A stretch of 64,000 bases of DNA, from NCBI RefSeq assembly GCF_001194135.2, contig NC_068986.1, forward strand, positions 9,858,775 to 9,922,774. The letters run 5' to 3'. The translations under genes and the position numbers were made by a program. The stretch's first letter is position 1. Every line of letters starts with the position of its first letter. Positions 62,713-64,000 of this stretch are shown piece by piece. Under the pieces are notes generated by a model. It was not told where the DNA came from. It ran no database searches and worked only from the letters and a program-made list of their open reading frames with translations. Source of the stretch: Octopus bimaculoides (lineage: Eukaryota).

Positions 62713-64000
62713 ATCATCATCATCATCGTTTAACGTCCGCTTTCCATGCTAGCATAGGTTGGATGATTTGACTGAGGACTGGCGGACCAGATGGCTGCAC
62801 CAGGCTCCAATCTGATCTGGAAGAGTTTCTACAGCTGGATGCCCTTCTTAACACCAACCACTCTGAGTGTAGTGGGTGCTTTTTATGTGCCACTGGCACA
62901 GGGGCCAGAGGAGGCTGGCAACGGCCACGATCGGTTGGTGCTTTTTACGTGCCACCGGTACGGAAGCCAGTCAAGGCGGTGCAGGCATTGGCCACGTTTG
63001 GATGGTGCTTTTTACATGCCACCGGCACGGGTATCACAACTACAATTTCCATTTGATGTTGATGTACTTGACTCAATAGGTCTCCTCAAGCACAGCAGGT
63101 CGTCCTATGAACCAAGGTACTTTTGAATGGGCTGGGCTGGTTATGTGAAACTGGTGTAGGATACAGCCGTGAACTCACTTTATTTGTCGGGTCTTCGCAG
63201 TCACAGCATATTTCCAGAGGTCTCAGTCTCTTGTCATTGCCTCTGTGAGGCCCAACAGTCAAAGGTCGTGCTTCACCACCTCATCCCATGTTTTCCTGTG
63301 TCTCCCCCTTCCATGGATTCCTACCACTGTTTAAGAGTGGCACTTCTTCATACAGCTCTCCTCATCCATCCGTAGTACATGACCATACCAATGCAAACGT
63401 CTCTTTTGCACACCACATTCAATGCTTCTTATGTCCAGCATTTCTCTCAGGGCGCTTACACTCTGTCGTGCGCACACTGACATTACACATCTAGCGGATC
63501 ATGCTAGCTTCATTTCTTTCGAGCTTACGTCTTCAGCAGTCACAGCCCATGTTTCACTGCTGTGAAGCATGGCAGTTCGCACACATGCATCGTACAATCT
63601 GCTTTTCACTCTGAGCAAGAGGCCCTTTGTCACCAGTAGGGATAGAAGCTTTCTAAACTTTGCCCAGGCTATTCTTATTCTAGTAGTAACACTCTCTGAG
63701 CATCCACCCCCACTACTAACTTGGTCAACTAGGTAGCGGAATCTATCAACTACTTCTAGTTTTTCCCCCAGGAGTGTGATGGAATCTATTTTCTGAGCAT
63801 CTGTGGTGATTATTGCCCCTGTGCATCTGCCGCACACGTAAGATATCTTCTCGGTTAATCTTCCTTTGATGCTGCTGCACCTCTTATGTGTCCATAGCTT
63901 ACACTGGGTACATCTTATGCAGTTTCTACCTACACCTTTTCTACAGATCGAGCAGGGCCACCTACCTGAGGGGTTATGTGATGAGTTCACCTTCCTACTT
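62713..64000 (-). mobile_element. RTE-clade LINE 3' portion, sense within a ZNF207 intron
   Basis: ORF 63499-63990 (LEVVDRFRYL...RIRIAWAKF...LH.SETW), then RLHWYGHVLRM...KTWDEVVKHDL, 3' UTR and (GAT)n tail. Confidence 0.92.

Overview
AT-rich, repeat-dense animal genomic DNA from a draft assembly with 11 N-gaps. The SINE/RTE/microsatellite landscape looks like a coleoid cephalopod (Octopus-like); this is an inference. Two convergent protein-coding genes are visible. (1) On +, a serine carboxypeptidase of family S10 (SCPEP1/RISC-like): 11 coding exons from the signal-peptide exon at 2971 to the stop at 43670, an intact Ser/Asp/His triad, and one expected phase-1/phase-1 exon not visible between 27197 and 37934 (probably inside a gap). 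(2) On -, the 3' end of a ZNF207/BuGZ-like gene (GLEBS motif HPDEDISL|EERRA, ending QAGRF*), with candidate alternative C-terminal splicing. Introns and intergenic DNA hold tRNA-derived SINEs, RTE, R4/Dong-like and Penelope retroelement fragments, Tc1/maT remnants, hAT, piggyBac and mariner-type MITEs, a non-autonomous Helitron and microsatellites. Highlights: a set of type I hammerhead ribozyme motifs, two structurally complete (10061-10144 and 30569-30616, both sense within carboxypeptidase introns and each with an upstream 5'-truncated partner copy) and five degenerate; several long near-perfect hairpins in the same pre-mRNA (5689-6106, 38726-38856); and a PHD-type finger inside an RTE reverse transcriptase. 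Repeat boundaries are approximate; all structures were parsed by eye.
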